In this document: in pieces, positions 40,401-50,921 of the stretch
How positions within the stretch are numbered: position 1 is the first letter of the stretch
How the letters are laid out: every line of letters begins with the position of its first letter
Assembly: GCA_963832165.1 (NCBI GenBank)
Contig: CAWHTE010000002.1
Location: 64,001 to 128,000 of the forward strand
Direction of reading: 5' to 3'
Source: an uncultured delta proteobacterium
GTDB lineage: Bacteria; Myxococcota_A; UBA9160; SMWR01
Length of the DNA: 64,000 bases
Position numbers and translations under genes: made by a program
Notes under the pieces: generated by a model
Database searches by the model: none
The model's input: the letters and a program-made list of their open reading frames with translations, nothing else
What the model was told of the DNA's origin: nothing

Positions 40401-43400
40401 TCTCGCTCGTGCCGATCGCTCCGTCGGCGCCCTCGAAGCGAACCCATGCCAGCGAGAGCCGATTGCCTCGCGTCGCAAGCGGCTCCCCCGAGAGTCGAGA
40501 CGAGCTCATCTCGAACAGCGGCCGCGTGAACTCGATCCACTGCTCGTGATCGAGCTCGAGCTGCACGAGCGCCCGGCGGTCGAAATAACGAGAGCCGGGC
40601 CGATGACCCGCTACGACAGCCTCCCAGTCGCGTGCGTTCCAGGCGCGTGCCAGACGGTCTTCGGCGCGCGTGGCCGCATTCTCGAACAGCCGTGGCGGCG
40701 CCGCGAGCTCCGCGAACCGCGCGCGCGCCGCGTCGATCTGCTCGGGGTCGTAAGCGTCCTCGCGCACGATGCGCCCGTCCGGTCCCGCCTCGTGCACGAG
40801 CACGTAGGGGATCTCGAAAGCGCCTTCGGATTCGCGGCCGAGCCAGCTCGTGACGATCAGGGCCGCCCGGTCGGCGAGCGCCATGTGACTGCGCCGCGTG
40901 AAGGCGTCGGGTCGCATCTCCACCAGTGCGCGCACACCCGCCACGTACTTCTCGAGCGAGCGGGCGCGACCCGTTCCCAGAAGTTGATGGTCGTGGCGCA
41001 CGAAATCAGGCGAGAAGAACGAGGCGAACTGATCCCAGTCCCGGCTCGCGATCGCGCGCCCCATGCCCGACGAACGGGCCCACATTGCGGGGTGTTCAGC
41101 GGCTTCGCCCTCTGCATAGCGGCGATCGAGCTCCGCGTACGCGGCGTCGAGCGCGTCGGCGTCGAAGCGGACGAGCGCGATGCGATCGCCGCGCTCGTCG
41201 ACTTCGGCCACGGTCAGAGACTCGGTCTCGCTGGGCCCGAGCGCGCCGTCGCTGCCCTCCCAGCGTAGCCGCGTCAGTGCGAGCCGATCGCCCCGCGTGG
41301 CCAGCCACTCTTGAGAGAGTCGAGACACCTGCATGTCGAACAGCGGGCGGATGAACGCGAGGTACTCGTCGCGATCGAGGTCGAGTCGCATGAGCGATCG
41401 GCGGTCTTCGTACCGGAGCCCGGGCGCGTGGCAGGCCACGACCGCCTCCCAGTCGCGGGCCACCCACGCGCGAAGGAAGCGATTCTGCGTCGCGGTGTTC
41501 TCGAAGAGGCACGCCGGCGCGCGCGGCGCCGCCAGCTCCGCGAACCGCGCGCGCGCCGCGTCGATCTGCTCGGGGTCGTAGGCGTCCCAGCGCCGGATGC
41601 GGCCGTCCGCTCCTATCTCGAGCACGACCACGGCGGGGAGCTCGAACGCGCCCTCGGATTCGCTGCCGACCCAGCGCACTGCAATGAGCACACCGCGGTC
41701 GGTGAGCGCGATGTGCTCGTAGCGCAGAGCCGCATCGGGCCGCAGCTCGCTCATCGCGCGGACGGAAGCGACAGCATTGATCGCCGAGCTCGAGCCCAGT
41801 CCGAGGATGCGATGGTCCTCGACGACTGCATCGGGCGAGAAGAACGCGCGATACCGTTCCCAATCGCGCGCCGCGAACGCGGCTCCGAGACCTGACGAGA
41901 CCGCCCACTCCGCCGGATGCTCGGCGGCCTCGCCCGCGGCATAGCGCGCATCGAGCTCGGCGTAGGCGGCGTCGAGCTGATCGGGATCGAAGCGGACCAA
42001 CGCGATGCGGTCACCGCGGTCGTCGACCTCCGCGACCCCTAGAGACTCGGTCTCGCTGGGGCCGATCGAGCCATCGCTGCCTTCGAAGCGCATCCGGGTC
42101 AGTACCAGCCGATCGCCGCGGGTGGCGAGCACTTCCTGCGAGATCCGAGAAACTTCCATCTCGAACAGCGGCCGCGTGAACTCGATCCACTGCTCGTGAT
42201 CGAGCTCGAGCTGCATCAGGGCGCGCCGGTCGCTATAGCGGAGCCCGGGCGCATTGTGCCCGGCGACCGCCTGCCAGTCGCGAGCGGCCCACGCGCGATC
42301 GAATCGATCGACCGCCCGCGTGGCCGCGGTCTCGAACAGCCGCGCTGGCGCCGGCGGCGCGCTCAACGCATCGAAGCGCGCGAGCGCCTCGACTTCGCGG
42401 TCGTCGTCGAAGACCTCGAAGCGCGACATCAATCCGTCGCCGTTGGCGGCCACGAGCGTGAGGAATCCCCGCTCGAAGGGGCCCCCGCTCTCGCGTCCGA
42501 TTCCGGAGAACCGACCCCGAGTCAGGAAGGCGTCGGGACGGAGGCCGAGAACGTCGTCGATGCCGAGCGCCAGCTCGTCGGCGAGCGGGGACCACGAGCG
42601 GAGGTTCTCCATCACGGCGTCCGCTCCGCGCGCGGAAGACGTTCCCAGGATCCGGTGATCGATGAACTGGATGTCCGGTGCGAGCGTTGCGGGGTAGGTC
42701 TCGGGGTCGTACGTACCGAACGCGCGGATTCGCGCCGCGAGCGCGGCGGCGCGAGCGCGCTCGGGACCTTCGGGCGCAAGCTCCGCATAGCGCTCGTACA
42801 GGCGCGCGATCGCATCGCCGAGCCGGTCGGCGGCGAAGACCTCGACGCGCCGCGCCCGCCCGCCCGATTCCGCTTCGATGACCTGTAGCATCTCCGATTC
42901 GTAGGGGCCGACGTCGAATCGCCTGCCGACGAACCCGCTCCCCCGGACGGAGCGCCGGCTCAGCGCGAGCGAATCGCCGAGCGTGGCCAGCGGCTCCAGG
43001 TGGAACACCGGACCCTCTGCGGAGAGGAGGTGTTGGCTCGACGCGATCAGTCCCTGCAAGCCGAACGTCGCTCCCGTCGTATGATCGACCGTCTCCCACG
43101 TCTCGGTGACCGAGGCGATGATCGCGTCGAGGTCGCGCGCGGCGTAGGCCGAGGTCATGCGCGCCGCGTGGTCGGTCGCGGCGTTGGGCCGTATGCGGCG
43201 CGCGGGGCGCGTACGCTCGGCGGTCAGCGCGTCGAAGCGCGCGAGCGCGTCGGCTTCGCGGTCGGCGTCGAATATCTCGAAGACACGTCTCCGGCCTTCG
43301 GCGTCGTAGACTTGCAGGAGAAGGAACGCGATCTCGTAGTCACCGCTGCTGGCCCGGTCGCGCCCGCGTTCGCGCGCGCGCACGAGCACTGCGTTGCTGC

Positions 43401-46400
43401 GCAAGTCGAGGATGTCGTCGAAGAGGGTGACCGCGTCGTCGACCGTCTCGTACCAAAGCTGCAACCGCCGCCGGACCTCGTCGATTCCGTTCGAGGACGG
43501 CACACTGATCACGGCGCGGTGATCGCGGAACGCGACGTCCGGCGCGTAGGTATCCAGGTTCTCCAGATGCGGGCCGAGCGTGGCCGCGATCGAGCGCGCG
43601 ATCCCCCCGGCGCGCATGCGCGCGGGGCCTTCGGGCTGCAGCTCCGCATAGCGCTCGTACAGGCGCGCGATCCCATCGCCGAGCCGGTCGCTCGCGAAGT
43701 TGTCGGTGTGCCGGCGCCGGCCGCTCGCGTCCACCTCCACGAGCAGCACGGTCTCGATCTCATAGGCGCCGATGTCGAGGTTCCTCGCGACGATTCCGCT
43801 CGCGCCGCACCACATCCGGCACAGTGCGAGCGAATCGCCGAGCGTGGCGAGCGGCACACCGCGGTAGGTGCCGCCCTCAGCTCGCGCGAGCGACAGCCAG
43901 GTGCCCGTGGATTGCTCACGCGCGTAGTTCGTTCCCGTCGGGTGATCGACGCACTCGCCCGAGTCCGCGAGGTGGGCCGCGATCGCCGCGGCGTCGCGCG
44001 CCCGCATCGCGGCCTCGAAGCGCGCGGCGTCGGCAGTGGCGGCGTTCGGGCGCACGCGGCGGGCCGGACGCGCCGGCGGCGAGGTCAGCGCATCGAGGCG
44101 CGCGAGCGCGTCCGCGCTTTGCTCGGGTTCCCAATCTTCCCAGCGATTCAGCAGACCGTCGGGTCCGAACGTCCAGAGCTGGCAGAGCTGGCGTTCGAAA
44201 TCGCCGCCGCTCGCGCCCAGGGTGCCGACATTCGTGATGCGCACGATGAGCGCATCGGGGCGCAGCGCCACGATGTCCTCCCAGCGCCACTCGAAATCGT
44301 CGACCAGCTCGAAGAAGGCTCGCACCGCGCGCACCAGCTCATCGGCCCCGCGCACGGTGCCCACCCCGACGGTGCGGTGGTCGATGCGCTCGATCGCCGG
44401 CGCGAGCGGCCAGCGATCGGGTCTCTCGCGCACCATCACCGCGACCGAGCGCGCGATCGCCGCGGCGCGGGTGCGCTCGGGGGCCTCGGTGCATCGTTCC
44501 GCATAGCGCTCGTACAGCCGAACGATCGCGTCGCCCAGGTGGTCCGCAGGGAAGACCTCGAGCCGGTGCCGTCGGTGTTGGGAGTCGACCTCGCTCAACT
44601 GGTAGTTCTTGTGCTGGAATGCACCGACGTCGAGCGTCTTGCCGGCCGCGCCGCTCCCGGAAACCGAGTGCCAGCACAGCGCGAGCGAGTCGCCGAGCGT
44701 TGCCAGAGGCTCGTACCGGCGCGCCAGATTCTGGACGCGGAGCTGCTTGCGGTAGAAGGCCAGCGATTCCGACCGGCCATGAGTGGCGCCGGTCCAATGC
44801 TCGATCACCTCGTCGTCCTCGGCGAGGAGCTCGGACAATGCGTCTGCGTCTCCTGCGGCAATCGCGGCATCCAGGCGGGCCTCATACGCGGTCGCTGCGT
44901 TCGGCCGCACGCGGCGCGCGGGCGGCGCAGCGGTGAGCGCCTCGAAGCGCGCGAGCGCCTCGGCGCGGCGGTCCACATCGAAGATGTCGAAGTGGGTCAC
45001 CAGGCCATCGGCCCCGTAGACGAGCAGCGAGATGAATTTCATCTCGAACGCGCCGCCGCCCTCGCGCGCGACTCCGGAGAGCGTCGCGCGGAATGCGCAC
45101 CCGGTGGCGCGCAGGTCGAGCAGCTCGTCGGCGTGGACCGCCAGCTCGTCGCCGAGCGCGGTCCACGAGCGGGCCTGGGAGAGCATGTCTGCCGATCCGC
45201 GCGCAGCGAACAGGCCGAGGATCCGGTGGTCGGTCATCTCGACACCCGGAGCCATGCTCGAGGCATAGTGCTCGGGATCGAACGAACCCCAGGTCTGATG
45301 GCGCGCGATCGTCGCAGCGCGCGTTCGTTCCGGCCCTTCGGGCAGGAGCTCGGCATGGCGCTCGTAGATGCGCCCGATCGCGTTGCCGAGGTGGTCGCTC
45401 GCGAAGACCTCGGCGCGCGCAAAGCGGCCGTCCGGATCGACTTCGCAGAGCACGAAATTTTCGAGTGCGCTCGGACCGACTTCACCCTGATCCCAGTCGA
45501 GGCCAGCCGTGGAAATCGATCGCTGAACAAGCGCGAGCGAATCACCGAGCGTCGCGAGCGGCTCCGTGCGAGGGGAGAAATCCTGCGCGCGCCAGAGGAG
45601 TTGCGCGCTGGACATCACGCCGGAGCGATCCCACTCCAGGCCGGTCGGATGATGGACGGCTACGAAGCTCTCGGCGTGCAGCGCGAGGGTCGCCGCCTCG
45701 TCGCGAGCCTCGATTGCGGCCGTGAGACGCGCGACCACCTCGGTGGCCGCGTTGGCGCGCCAGCGGCGCGCCACGGGCGTGGCCGCGGCGAGCGCGTCGA
45801 AGCGCGCGAGCGCCGCCGCCTCGTCTTCCAGCTCGAAGATCTCGAGACGGGTCTGGAGGCCGTCGGTGCCGAAAACCATCAGGGAGAGGCAGGGCGCCTC
45901 GAAGATGCCGCCGCCGTCGCGCGCAATGCCCGCGAACATCCCGTTCACGACCAGCATGTCGGGCTGCGCGGCGAAGATCTCGGTGATCCGGTTCGTCATG
46001 TCGTAGGCGACGGCGAACCACGAGCGGAAGATCTCCAGCGCGGCATCGCGCCCGCGCGCCGAGACCGTGGCCAGGCGCCGGTGATCGACCAGCTCGAACG
46101 ACGGCGCGTACGCTGCGGCATAGCGATCGGGATCCCACCCTCCCATCGCTGCCACGGTGTACGCGATCGCCGCGGCGCGATCCCGCTCCACGCCCTCGGG
46201 CAAGAGCTCCGCATAGCGCTCGTACAGGCTCGAGAGCGCGTCGCCGAGGTGGTCGATCGCGAACGCCTCGGATCGGCAGAAGAGCCCGCTCGCATTGGTC
46301 TCGTAGGTGACGATCTCCTCGCCGCCAAACGCGCCGACATCGAACTCACCGCGCGAGAGCCCCGCCGCCGAGAGCGAGACGCGGCACAGGGCGAGACGCT

Positions 46401-49400
46401 CGCCGAGCGTCGCGAGCAGCTCGTTGCGATAGACGAGGTCGCGGTTCTGCATCACCGAACGCATCGTGGCCAGCTGCGCCGCCCGGTCGTAGGTGTGGCC
46501 GGTGGGGTGGTCGACGTTGTGCGAGTCTTCGGCGAGCTGGGCCGCGAGGGTGTCGATGTCGCGATTCATGATCGCGGCCGCCTGACGCGCGGCTTGAACG
46601 CTCGCGGTGTTCGCGCGTACGCGGCGGGTGGGTCGCGGTGCCACTCCCGTGAGCGCGTCGAAGCGCGCGAGCGCGTCGGCCTCGTCGTCGACGTCGAACC
46701 ACTCGATGCGCGCCAGGCGGCCGTCGGCGTCGTACAGCCAGAGATGGAGATGCTGGCGATCGTAGGGCCCGCCGCTCGCGCGGTTGGTGCCCGCGGCCGT
46801 GATGCGGGAGAGCAGCGCATTGGGCGTCACGACGAGGACGTCGTTGGCGCTCAGGTGGACGTCCGAGACGGTGTCGTACAAGACGCGGATGCCTCGGCGC
46901 ACCTCATCGGCGTTGCGCGCAGAAGGGAGCCCGATCAGACGCCGGTGATCGACGAACTCGACACCGGCCGCAAGAACCTGCTCGAAGCGATCGGGATCGA
47001 GGGTCGGTGCGAACCACGCAGCCACACCGCGCGCGGTGGCGGTGGCGCGCACTCGCTCGGGGCCTTCGGGGAGCAGTTCCGCATAGCGCTCGTACAAGCG
47101 AGTAATCGCGTCGCCGAGCCGATCGGCCTTGAAGAACTCGGCGCGCAACTGTCTCCCGCGCGCATCGACCTCGATGACGACCTGCTCCTCCATCTCGTAA
47201 GGACCGATGCTCAGCCGCCCTGGTATGCCGCTGGCGGAGATCGATGGCCGTCCCAACGCGAGCGAATCGCCGAGCGTCGCAAGTGGCTCGTTTCGATACG
47301 AGAGATTCTCGGCGCGCATGAGGCCGCGGATCGTCTTGACGCCTTCCGCGCGACCCCACTCCGTGCCCGTGGGATGGTGGATCGCATGGAACCCGTCGGA
47401 GTGCAGCTCGGAAACGGCGGCTTCGTCGCGCGCGCCGACGGCGGCTTCCAGGCGGGCGAAGGCAGCCGTGGCCGCGTTCTCTCGCACGCGGCGGCGCACT
47501 GCGCGCGCGGATGCGACGCGCATGACCGGTGCCGGCGCCACCGGCTCCACCGCGTGCGCGCCTTCTCGCCGCGCTCGCTCGACCAGCAGCGTGGCGCCCT
47601 TCGCCTCCCAGAGCGAGGTAGCGCGCGCCTCCTCGGCCGCGGCCTCGGCGCCTCGGCCGGACGCGCGCAGCGCCGCCGCGAGCGCGAGCCGCGCGTCGGC
47701 GTGGAACAGCAGCGCGTCGGTCGCCGACGCGATCTCGACTGCCGCGCGCGCAAGCTCGACGGCTCTCTCCGCCTCACCGCGCCGCGCGAGCGCCTCCGCG
47801 CGCACGCCGCGCCACGCGATCGCGGACTGCAGATCGTCGCCCGCGAGCGCCTCGCTCTCGTGAGAGATGGCCTCGGCTTCGGCGGCGCGATCCTGCGCGA
47901 GCAGCGCGCGGCCGAGCTGCGCGGCGCACTGCGCCGCGTCGCTGCCGAGCCCTAGCTCGCGCATGCCGTCGTAGGCGGTGCGCAGACAGCGCTCGGCCGC
48001 GACGGGGTCTCCCTCGATCAGCTCGACCTGACCCGCGAACTGATCCGCTTGGAGCAGGCGATGCGTGATGCCGAGCTCTTCCACCATGCGCCGCGACGAC
48101 GCGATCATGCGCCGCGCGGCTTCGCTGCGACCGCGCAGCGCCTCGAGCACGCCCTGCGAGCGCAGCGCCACGGCCTCCACAGCGGGCGAGCCCGACGTGA
48201 TGCGCAGCACGCGCACGACGTCGAGGCAGCGACCGCTCGCGCGTGTCACAGGGGAGGGGCCCCACAGCGCCGCGAGCGGCGCGCCCGAGAGCACGGCGTT
48301 CGCGCGGCGGCGGTCCCCCACGCGGCGCGCCGCTGCGAGCGCGCGGTCGAGCGCGGCCTCGCACGCGCCGACCTTTCCAAGCCGCGCGAGCGCGATCGCG
48401 TGCACGAAGTGCGCCTTCGCCTCGCCCGCGGCGTCGCCGGCCGCGGTGAGCTGCTCGGCGGCCGCGGCGACCGCATCGGCGGTGCCGCGCAGCGACTTCG
48501 GGTCGGTGAGCGCCGCGCGCTCGCCCGCGAAGCAGGTATGCCACGCGGCGAGGCGCGGCGAGTCGGCCGTGAAGCGGCCGAGCTCGTCGATCGCGCGCCC
48601 CGCGGTGCCGACCTCGCCCGCCGCGAGCAGCGCCTCGCACCAATCCAGTGCCAGGTCGGCGCGCGCGGGGTCGGCGGGCTCGAGCCGCTCGAGCGCGCGG
48701 CCGAGCAGGCTCGCCGCGACCGGAACGTCGTCGCGCGCGAGCGCGCGCCGGCCCGCGCCCGCGAGGTAGCGCGATGCGCGCTCGCCTAGCGCGCGCCCCT
48801 GCTCGTCGATCGTCCCGAGCTCGCGCAGGTGCTGGTGCGCCTGCTCGAGGTGCCAGCCGATCGTCTCGTCGTGCGGGGCTTCGTCGCCGACCCGCTTCAC
48901 CACCCAGTCCGCGAAGCGCGCGTGCAATTCGGCGCGTGTATTGCGAAGCAGGCGTCGGTACGCGGCGTCGCGGATCAGCGCGTGGTGGAAGCGCAGCGCG
49001 GGCTCGCCGAGGAACCAGCCCGTGTCGGACTCGACCAGCTCGCTGCGGCGCAGCGCCTCGAGCTGGCGGTCGAGGTCGGGCGCCTCGCGCGGCAGGAGCT
49101 CCTTCACGGCCGCGCGCGAGAACTGCCGGCCTACCACGGCCGCGCGCTCGAGCACGGTGCGCTCCTCGGGTCGCAGCTTCTCGATGCGCGCGGCGAGCAG
49201 CGCCTGGATCGTGGGCGGCATCTCGAGGCTCGCGAGCTCGACGCCCAGCGTCCAGTGATCGCCCTCGCGCACGAGCGCGCCGTCGTGCACGAGCATGCGC
49301 ACGAGCTCGCCCACGAACAGCGGGTTGCCCTCGCTCGCCGCGAGCACGCGGCCCGCGACCGCGGCGGGCAGCTCTTCGGCGCCGATCGCATTCGCGGCCA

Positions 49401-50784
49401 GGCGCGTCGCAGCGCCCGCGTCGAGGCCCGCGAGCGTCACCACCTCGGACACGAGAGGACCCGGTGTCGCGAGCGAGGAGCGCTCCTCGCGCAGCTCGGG
49501 GCGTGCCGCGACGAGCACGAGCAGCGGCGAGTCCGTGCTCCACTGCACGAGGTGCTCCGTGAGGTCGAGCAGCAGTGGCTCGGCCCAGTGCAGGTCGTCG
49601 AGCGCGAGGACGACGGGCGCGGCCGCCGCGAACGCGCCGAGGAATCGCCGCACGACGAAGAACGTCTCCTCGGGCGGCGCGGGCGTGCCCGCGAGCAGCG
49701 CGCCGATGCCCCCCGCGATCCGGTCGCGCTCGGCCTCTTCGCGCGGCAGCACGTCTTCGATCGCCGCGCGTGTGGCCTCGGCGCTCGCAGTGTCCTCGAT
49801 CCGCAAGAGCGCGCGCAGCCCGCGCGCGAGCGGCGAGAACGTGCCGCCGCCCGACGGATCGCAGCGCGCGCTGATCACGGTGGCGCCATCCTCGAGCCGG
49901 CGTGCCACCTCGCCCAGCACTCGCGACTTGCCGAGCCCGGGCGAGCCCAGGATCACCGCGAGCTTGGCGCGCTGCTCGGAAACCGCGGCGTCGTAGACCG
50001 CGCGCAGCCGCCGCAGCTCGCCCTCGCGGCCCACGAACGGCGTGGCCGACGCGCCCGCGGGCCGGTCGAGCGACACGACGCGATAGGCGGCGACCGCCTC
50101 GCTGCGGCCCTTGAGTGCGAGCGCACCGATCGGCGCGAGCGTGATGAGCTCCGAAACGAGGCGACGCGTGGATTCCCCGATCAAGACGTCGCCGTCGTGT
50201 GCGGCCGCTTGCAGGTGCGCGGCGACGTTGAGCGGGTCGCCGATGCCGGCCGCGTAGTCGTCGGAGACGACCACCTCACCCGTGTTCACGGCGACACGCA
50301 GGCCGACGCGGTCAGTGAGCTGGTTCTGCTCGCGGAACTCGCGGAACGCCTGCTGCACCGCGACCGCAGCACGCACGGCGCGGATCGCGTCGTCTTCGGC
50401 CACGTGCGGCACGCCGAACGCGCACATCACGCCGTCGCCGAGCAGCTGCACGACGGTGCCGCCGTGCGCCTCGATGGGCGTGCGCACGGCGCGGTGGTAG
50501 CGGTCCATCACGCGACTAACGGCCTCGGCGTCGAGGCGCTCCTGCAACGCGGTCGAGCCGATCAGATCCGCGAACACGATCGTGACGACCTTTCGCGAAA
50601 CGGTGTCAGCGGTAGCGGGGGCCGCAGCCGCGCCCGCGAGCGACGCGCCGCACGCGCCGCAGAACTTCATGCCGGGCGCGGACTCGGTGCCGCACACAGG
50701 GCAGCGCGGCGCGAGCGGCTGCCCGCAGCCGCCGCAGAAGCGGTGGCCGGGCGGGTTCGCCGTACCGCAGCTCGCGCAGTCCAA
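37423..50784 (-). CDS. Giant protein 2 (~4453 aa): Zn-ribbon - class III cyclase - STAND ATPase - TPR-like - 12 tandem paired SnoaL/NTF2-like units
   Basis: Same motifs as giant 1; TTG start at 50784 chosen because it aligns with MDCASCG of giant 3 and follows AAGGAGG. Confidence 0.88.
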   Translation of the reverse strand: MDCASCGTANPPGHRFCGGCGQPLAPRCPVCGTESAPGMKFCGACGASLAGAAAAPATADTVSRKVVTIVFADLIGSTALQERLDAEAVSRVMDRYHRAVRTPIEAHGGTVVQLLGDGVMCAFGVPHVAEDDAIRAVRAAVAVQQAFREFREQNQLTDRVGLRVAVNTGEVVVSDDYAAGIGDPLNVAAHLQAAAHDGDVLIGESTRRLVSELITLAPIGALALKGRSEAVAAYRVVSLDRPAGASATPFVGREGELRRLRAVYDAAVSEQRAKLAVILGSPGLGKSRVLGEVARRLEDGATVISARCDPSGGGTFSPLARGLRALLRIEDTASAEATRAAIEDVLPREEAERDRIAGGIGALLAGTPAPPEETFFVVRRFLGAFAAAAPVVLALDDLHWAEPLLLDLTEHLVQWSTDSPLLVLVAARPELREERSSLATPGPLVSEVVTLAGLDAGAATRLAANAIGAEELPAAVAGRVLAASEGNPLFVGELVRMLVHDGALVREGDHWTLGVELASLEMPPTIQALLAARIEKLRPEERTVLERAAVVGRQFSRAAVKELLPREAPDLDRQLEALRRSELVESDTGWFLGEPALRFHHALIRDAAYRRLLRNTRAELHARFADWVVKRVGDEAPHDETIGWHLEQAHQHLRELGTIDEQGRALGERASRYLAGAGRRALARDDVPVAASLLGRALERLEPADPARADLALDWCEALLAAGEVGTAGRAIDELGRFTADSPRLAAWHTCFAGERAALTDPKSLRGTADAVAAAAEQLTAAGDAAGEAKAHFVHAIALARLGKVGACEAALDRALAAARRVGDRRRANAVLSGAPLAALWGPSPVTRASGRCLDVVRVLRITSGSPAVEAVALRSQGVLEALRGRSEAARRMIASSRRMVEELGITHRLLQADQFAGQVELIEGDPVAAERCLRTAYDGMRELGLGSDAAQCAAQLGRALLAQDRAAEAEAISHESEALAGDDLQSAIAWRGVRAEALARRGEAERAVELARAAVEIASATDALLFHADARLALAAALRASGRGAEAAAEEARATSLWEAKGATLLVERARREGAHAVEPVAPAPVMRVASARAVRRRVRENAATAAFARLEAAVGARDEAAVSELHSDGFHAIHHPTGTEWGRAEGVKTIRGLMRAENLSYRNEPLATLGDSLALGRPSISASGIPGRLSIGPYEMEEQVVIEVDARGRQLRAEFFKADRLGDAITRLYERYAELLPEGPERVRATATARGVAAWFAPTLDPDRFEQVLAAGVEFVDHRRLIGLPSARNADEVRRGIRVLYDTVSDVHLSANDVLVVTPNALLSRITAAGTNRASGGPYDRQHLHLWLYDADGRLARIEWFDVDDEADALARFDALTGVAPRPTRRVRANTASVQAARQAAAIMNRDIDTLAAQLAEDSHNVDHPTGHTYDRAAQLATMRSVMQNRDLVYRNELLATLGERLALCRVSLSAAGLSRGEFDVGAFGGEEIVTYETNASGLFCRSEAFAIDHLGDALSSLYERYAELLPEGVERDRAAAIAYTVAAMGGWDPDRYAAAYAPSFELVDHRRLATVSARGRDAALEIFRSWFAVAYDMTNRITEIFAAQPDMLVVNGMFAGIARDGGGIFEAPCLSLMVFGTDGLQTRLEIFELEDEAAALARFDALAAATPVARRWRANAATEVVARLTAAIEARDEAATLALHAESFVAVHHPTGLEWDRSGVMSSAQLLWRAQDFSPRTEPLATLGDSLALVQRSISTAGLDWDQGEVGPSALENFVLCEVDPDGRFARAEVFASDHLGNAIGRIYERHAELLPEGPERTRAATIARHQTWGSFDPEHYASSMAPGVEMTDHRILGLFAARGSADMLSQARSWTALGDELAVHADELLDLRATGCAFRATLSGVAREGGGAFEMKFISLLVYGADGLVTHFDIFDVDRRAEALARFEALTAAPPARRVRPNAATAYEARLDAAIAAGDADALSELLAEDDEVIEHWTGATHGRSESLAFYRKQLRVQNLARRYEPLATLGDSLALCWHSVSGSGAAGKTLDVGAFQHKNYQLSEVDSQHRRHRLEVFPADHLGDAIVRLYERYAERCTEAPERTRAAAIARSVAVMVRERPDRWPLAPAIERIDHRTVGVGTVRGADELVRAVRAFFELVDDFEWRWEDIVALRPDALIVRITNVGTLGASGGDFERQLCQLWTFGPDGLLNRWEDWEPEQSADALARLDALTSPPARPARRVRPNAATADAARFEAAMRARDAAAIAAHLADSGECVDHPTGTNYAREQSTGTWLSLARAEGGTYRGVPLATLGDSLALCRMWCGASGIVARNLDIGAYEIETVLLVEVDASGRRRHTDNFASDRLGDGIARLYERYAELQPEGPARMRAGGIARSIAATLGPHLENLDTYAPDVAFRDHRAVISVPSSNGIDEVRRRLQLWYETVDDAVTLFDDILDLRSNAVLVRARERGRDRASSGDYEIAFLLLQVYDAEGRRRVFEIFDADREADALARFDALTAERTRPARRIRPNAATDHAARMTSAYAARDLDAIIASVTETWETVDHTTGATFGLQGLIASSQHLLSAEGPVFHLEPLATLGDSLALSRRSVRGSGFVGRRFDVGPYESEMLQVIEAESGGRARRVEVFAADRLGDAIARLYERYAELAPEGPERARAAALAARIRAFGTYDPETYPATLAPDIQFIDHRILGTSSARGADAVMENLRSWSPLADELALGIDDVLGLRPDAFLTRGRFSGIGRESGGPFERGFLTLVAANGDGLMSRFEVFDDDREVEALARFDALSAPPAPARLFETAATRAVDRFDRAWAARDWQAVAGHNAPGLRYSDRRALMQLELDHEQWIEFTRPLFEMEVSRISQEVLATRGDRLVLTRMRFEGSDGSIGPSETESLGVAEVDDRGDRIALVRFDPDQLDAAYAELDARYAAGEAAEHPAEWAVSSGLGAAFAARDWERYRAFFSPDAVVEDHRILGLGSSSAINAVASVRAMSELRPDAALRYEHIALTDRGVLIAVRWVGSESEGAFELPAVVVLEIGADGRIRRWDAYDPEQIDAARARFAELAAPRAPACLFENTATQNRFLRAWVARDWEAVVACHAPGLRYEDRRSLMRLDLDRDEYLAFIRPLFDMQVSRLSQEWLATRGDRLALTRLRWEGSDGALGPSETESLTVAEVDERGDRIALVRFDADALDAAYAELDRRYAEGEAAEHPAMWARSSGMGRAIASRDWDQFASFFSPDFVRHDHQLLGTGRARSLEKYVAGVRALVEMRPDAFTRRSHMALADRAALIVTSWLGRESEGAFEIPYVLVHEAGPDGRIVREDAYDPEQIDAARARFAELAAPPRLFENAATRAEDRLARAWNARDWEAVVAGHRPGSRYFDRRALVQLELDHEQWIEFTRPLFEMSSSRLSGEPLATRGNRLSLAWVRFEGADGAIGTSEIESLAVVEVDARGERTAMVRFDLAALDAAYAELDARYAAGEAAEHPETQAVVSRLARAIRDRAWDALTTVFSEHLVARDHRPLSGWETMDSAHDYIARIRSMWDLRPDATLRVSHIDVAEGVALAVSTWIGSEAEGAFEIPHIFIYGIERGRIASVDCYDLDHQLDAARARFAELAAPRASARLIETTATRTVDRFGRAWAARDWQAICALNAPELRYSDRRALMQLELDRETFHQFIHPLLEMEESRVFQEVLATRGDRLVLTRMRFEGSDGSIGPSETESLSVAEVDEHGNRIALVRFDPDKLDDAYAELGRRFLAGEAAAFPAPVRWMQMFGQARGAPESDMGAYLAPDFVVHDHSPLGWGTLDRATYIESMKALNALSADTRIRPLHVWLCERGLLRIGLVFGTHEGGAFEQLRVAVFEVDAEGQEHRRDVYALDQLDDARARFAELQPDPLRIPPNAATRLGPRLEEAHLAGDWDAVAALCAPTLEFDDRRRAALLKGDRDMFVASLRFAGPAIRRFNTVLATAGDRLALIHQTFQIRTDGTDVPGVEAEVLSVVEADSEGRMDALVVFDPDDRRAATRELFEREARLESLPAGVVAMYRARLDRDLAACRAALPDEYVFDDHRRTGLGRIEKDEYIASLAALFEQSPDTIFGGLYTIAREEHGFLGIGRRFGTLAEGGEYESIFVALGHYRGGRIVREENFELEDLDVARARFEELRPDPLRIPPNAATRAVDRIWEYYRARAWDDLRALCAPMVFEDRRRQFLTTGDCEMFIENSKLMAATDVALSRTRLATAGDRLTLEKMLWTWDAGAFEIENLHVVEVDSEGHVVAIITFDLDDRHAAFAEMWSRFVPERPVRARSLGVVAFNEHDWEALRSSYLPDAVIHDHRPLSLGVVNRDEYVESVRAWAEMAPDLGVEMLRFFTRNEHGAVFLSRAFGTIPDGGPFENYLIGFQLFEGDRIRRYELYPVDAADEALARFAELCAERE

Positions 50785-50809
50785 CGCGGGCCCTCCTTGG
50801 GGCGGGGCC

Positions 50810-50853
50810 ATTCTAATGGGTACGCCAGTTCCTGGGGTGTGAAGGGGTTCACA
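50810..50853 (-). promoter_or_regulatory. CRP-type box plus TAGAAT -10 element for giant 2
   Basis: TGTGAAGGGGTTCACA at 50838-50853; TAGAAT at 50815-50810; 22-nt gap. Confidence 0.75.
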
Positions 50854-50921
50854 GGGCGAGGTAGTTCGATGTTCGAATGACTAGCGGCCTGAGGCCGCGG
50901 AAGGCGGGGTCCGCTTTCGCG

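Noticed and set aside
43000..47955. Long antisense or alternate-frame ORFs (also 56340..59870, 24390..27887, 32912..34927, 1428..3008)
   Set aside because: Shadow ORFs of high-GC genes with no recognisable motifs
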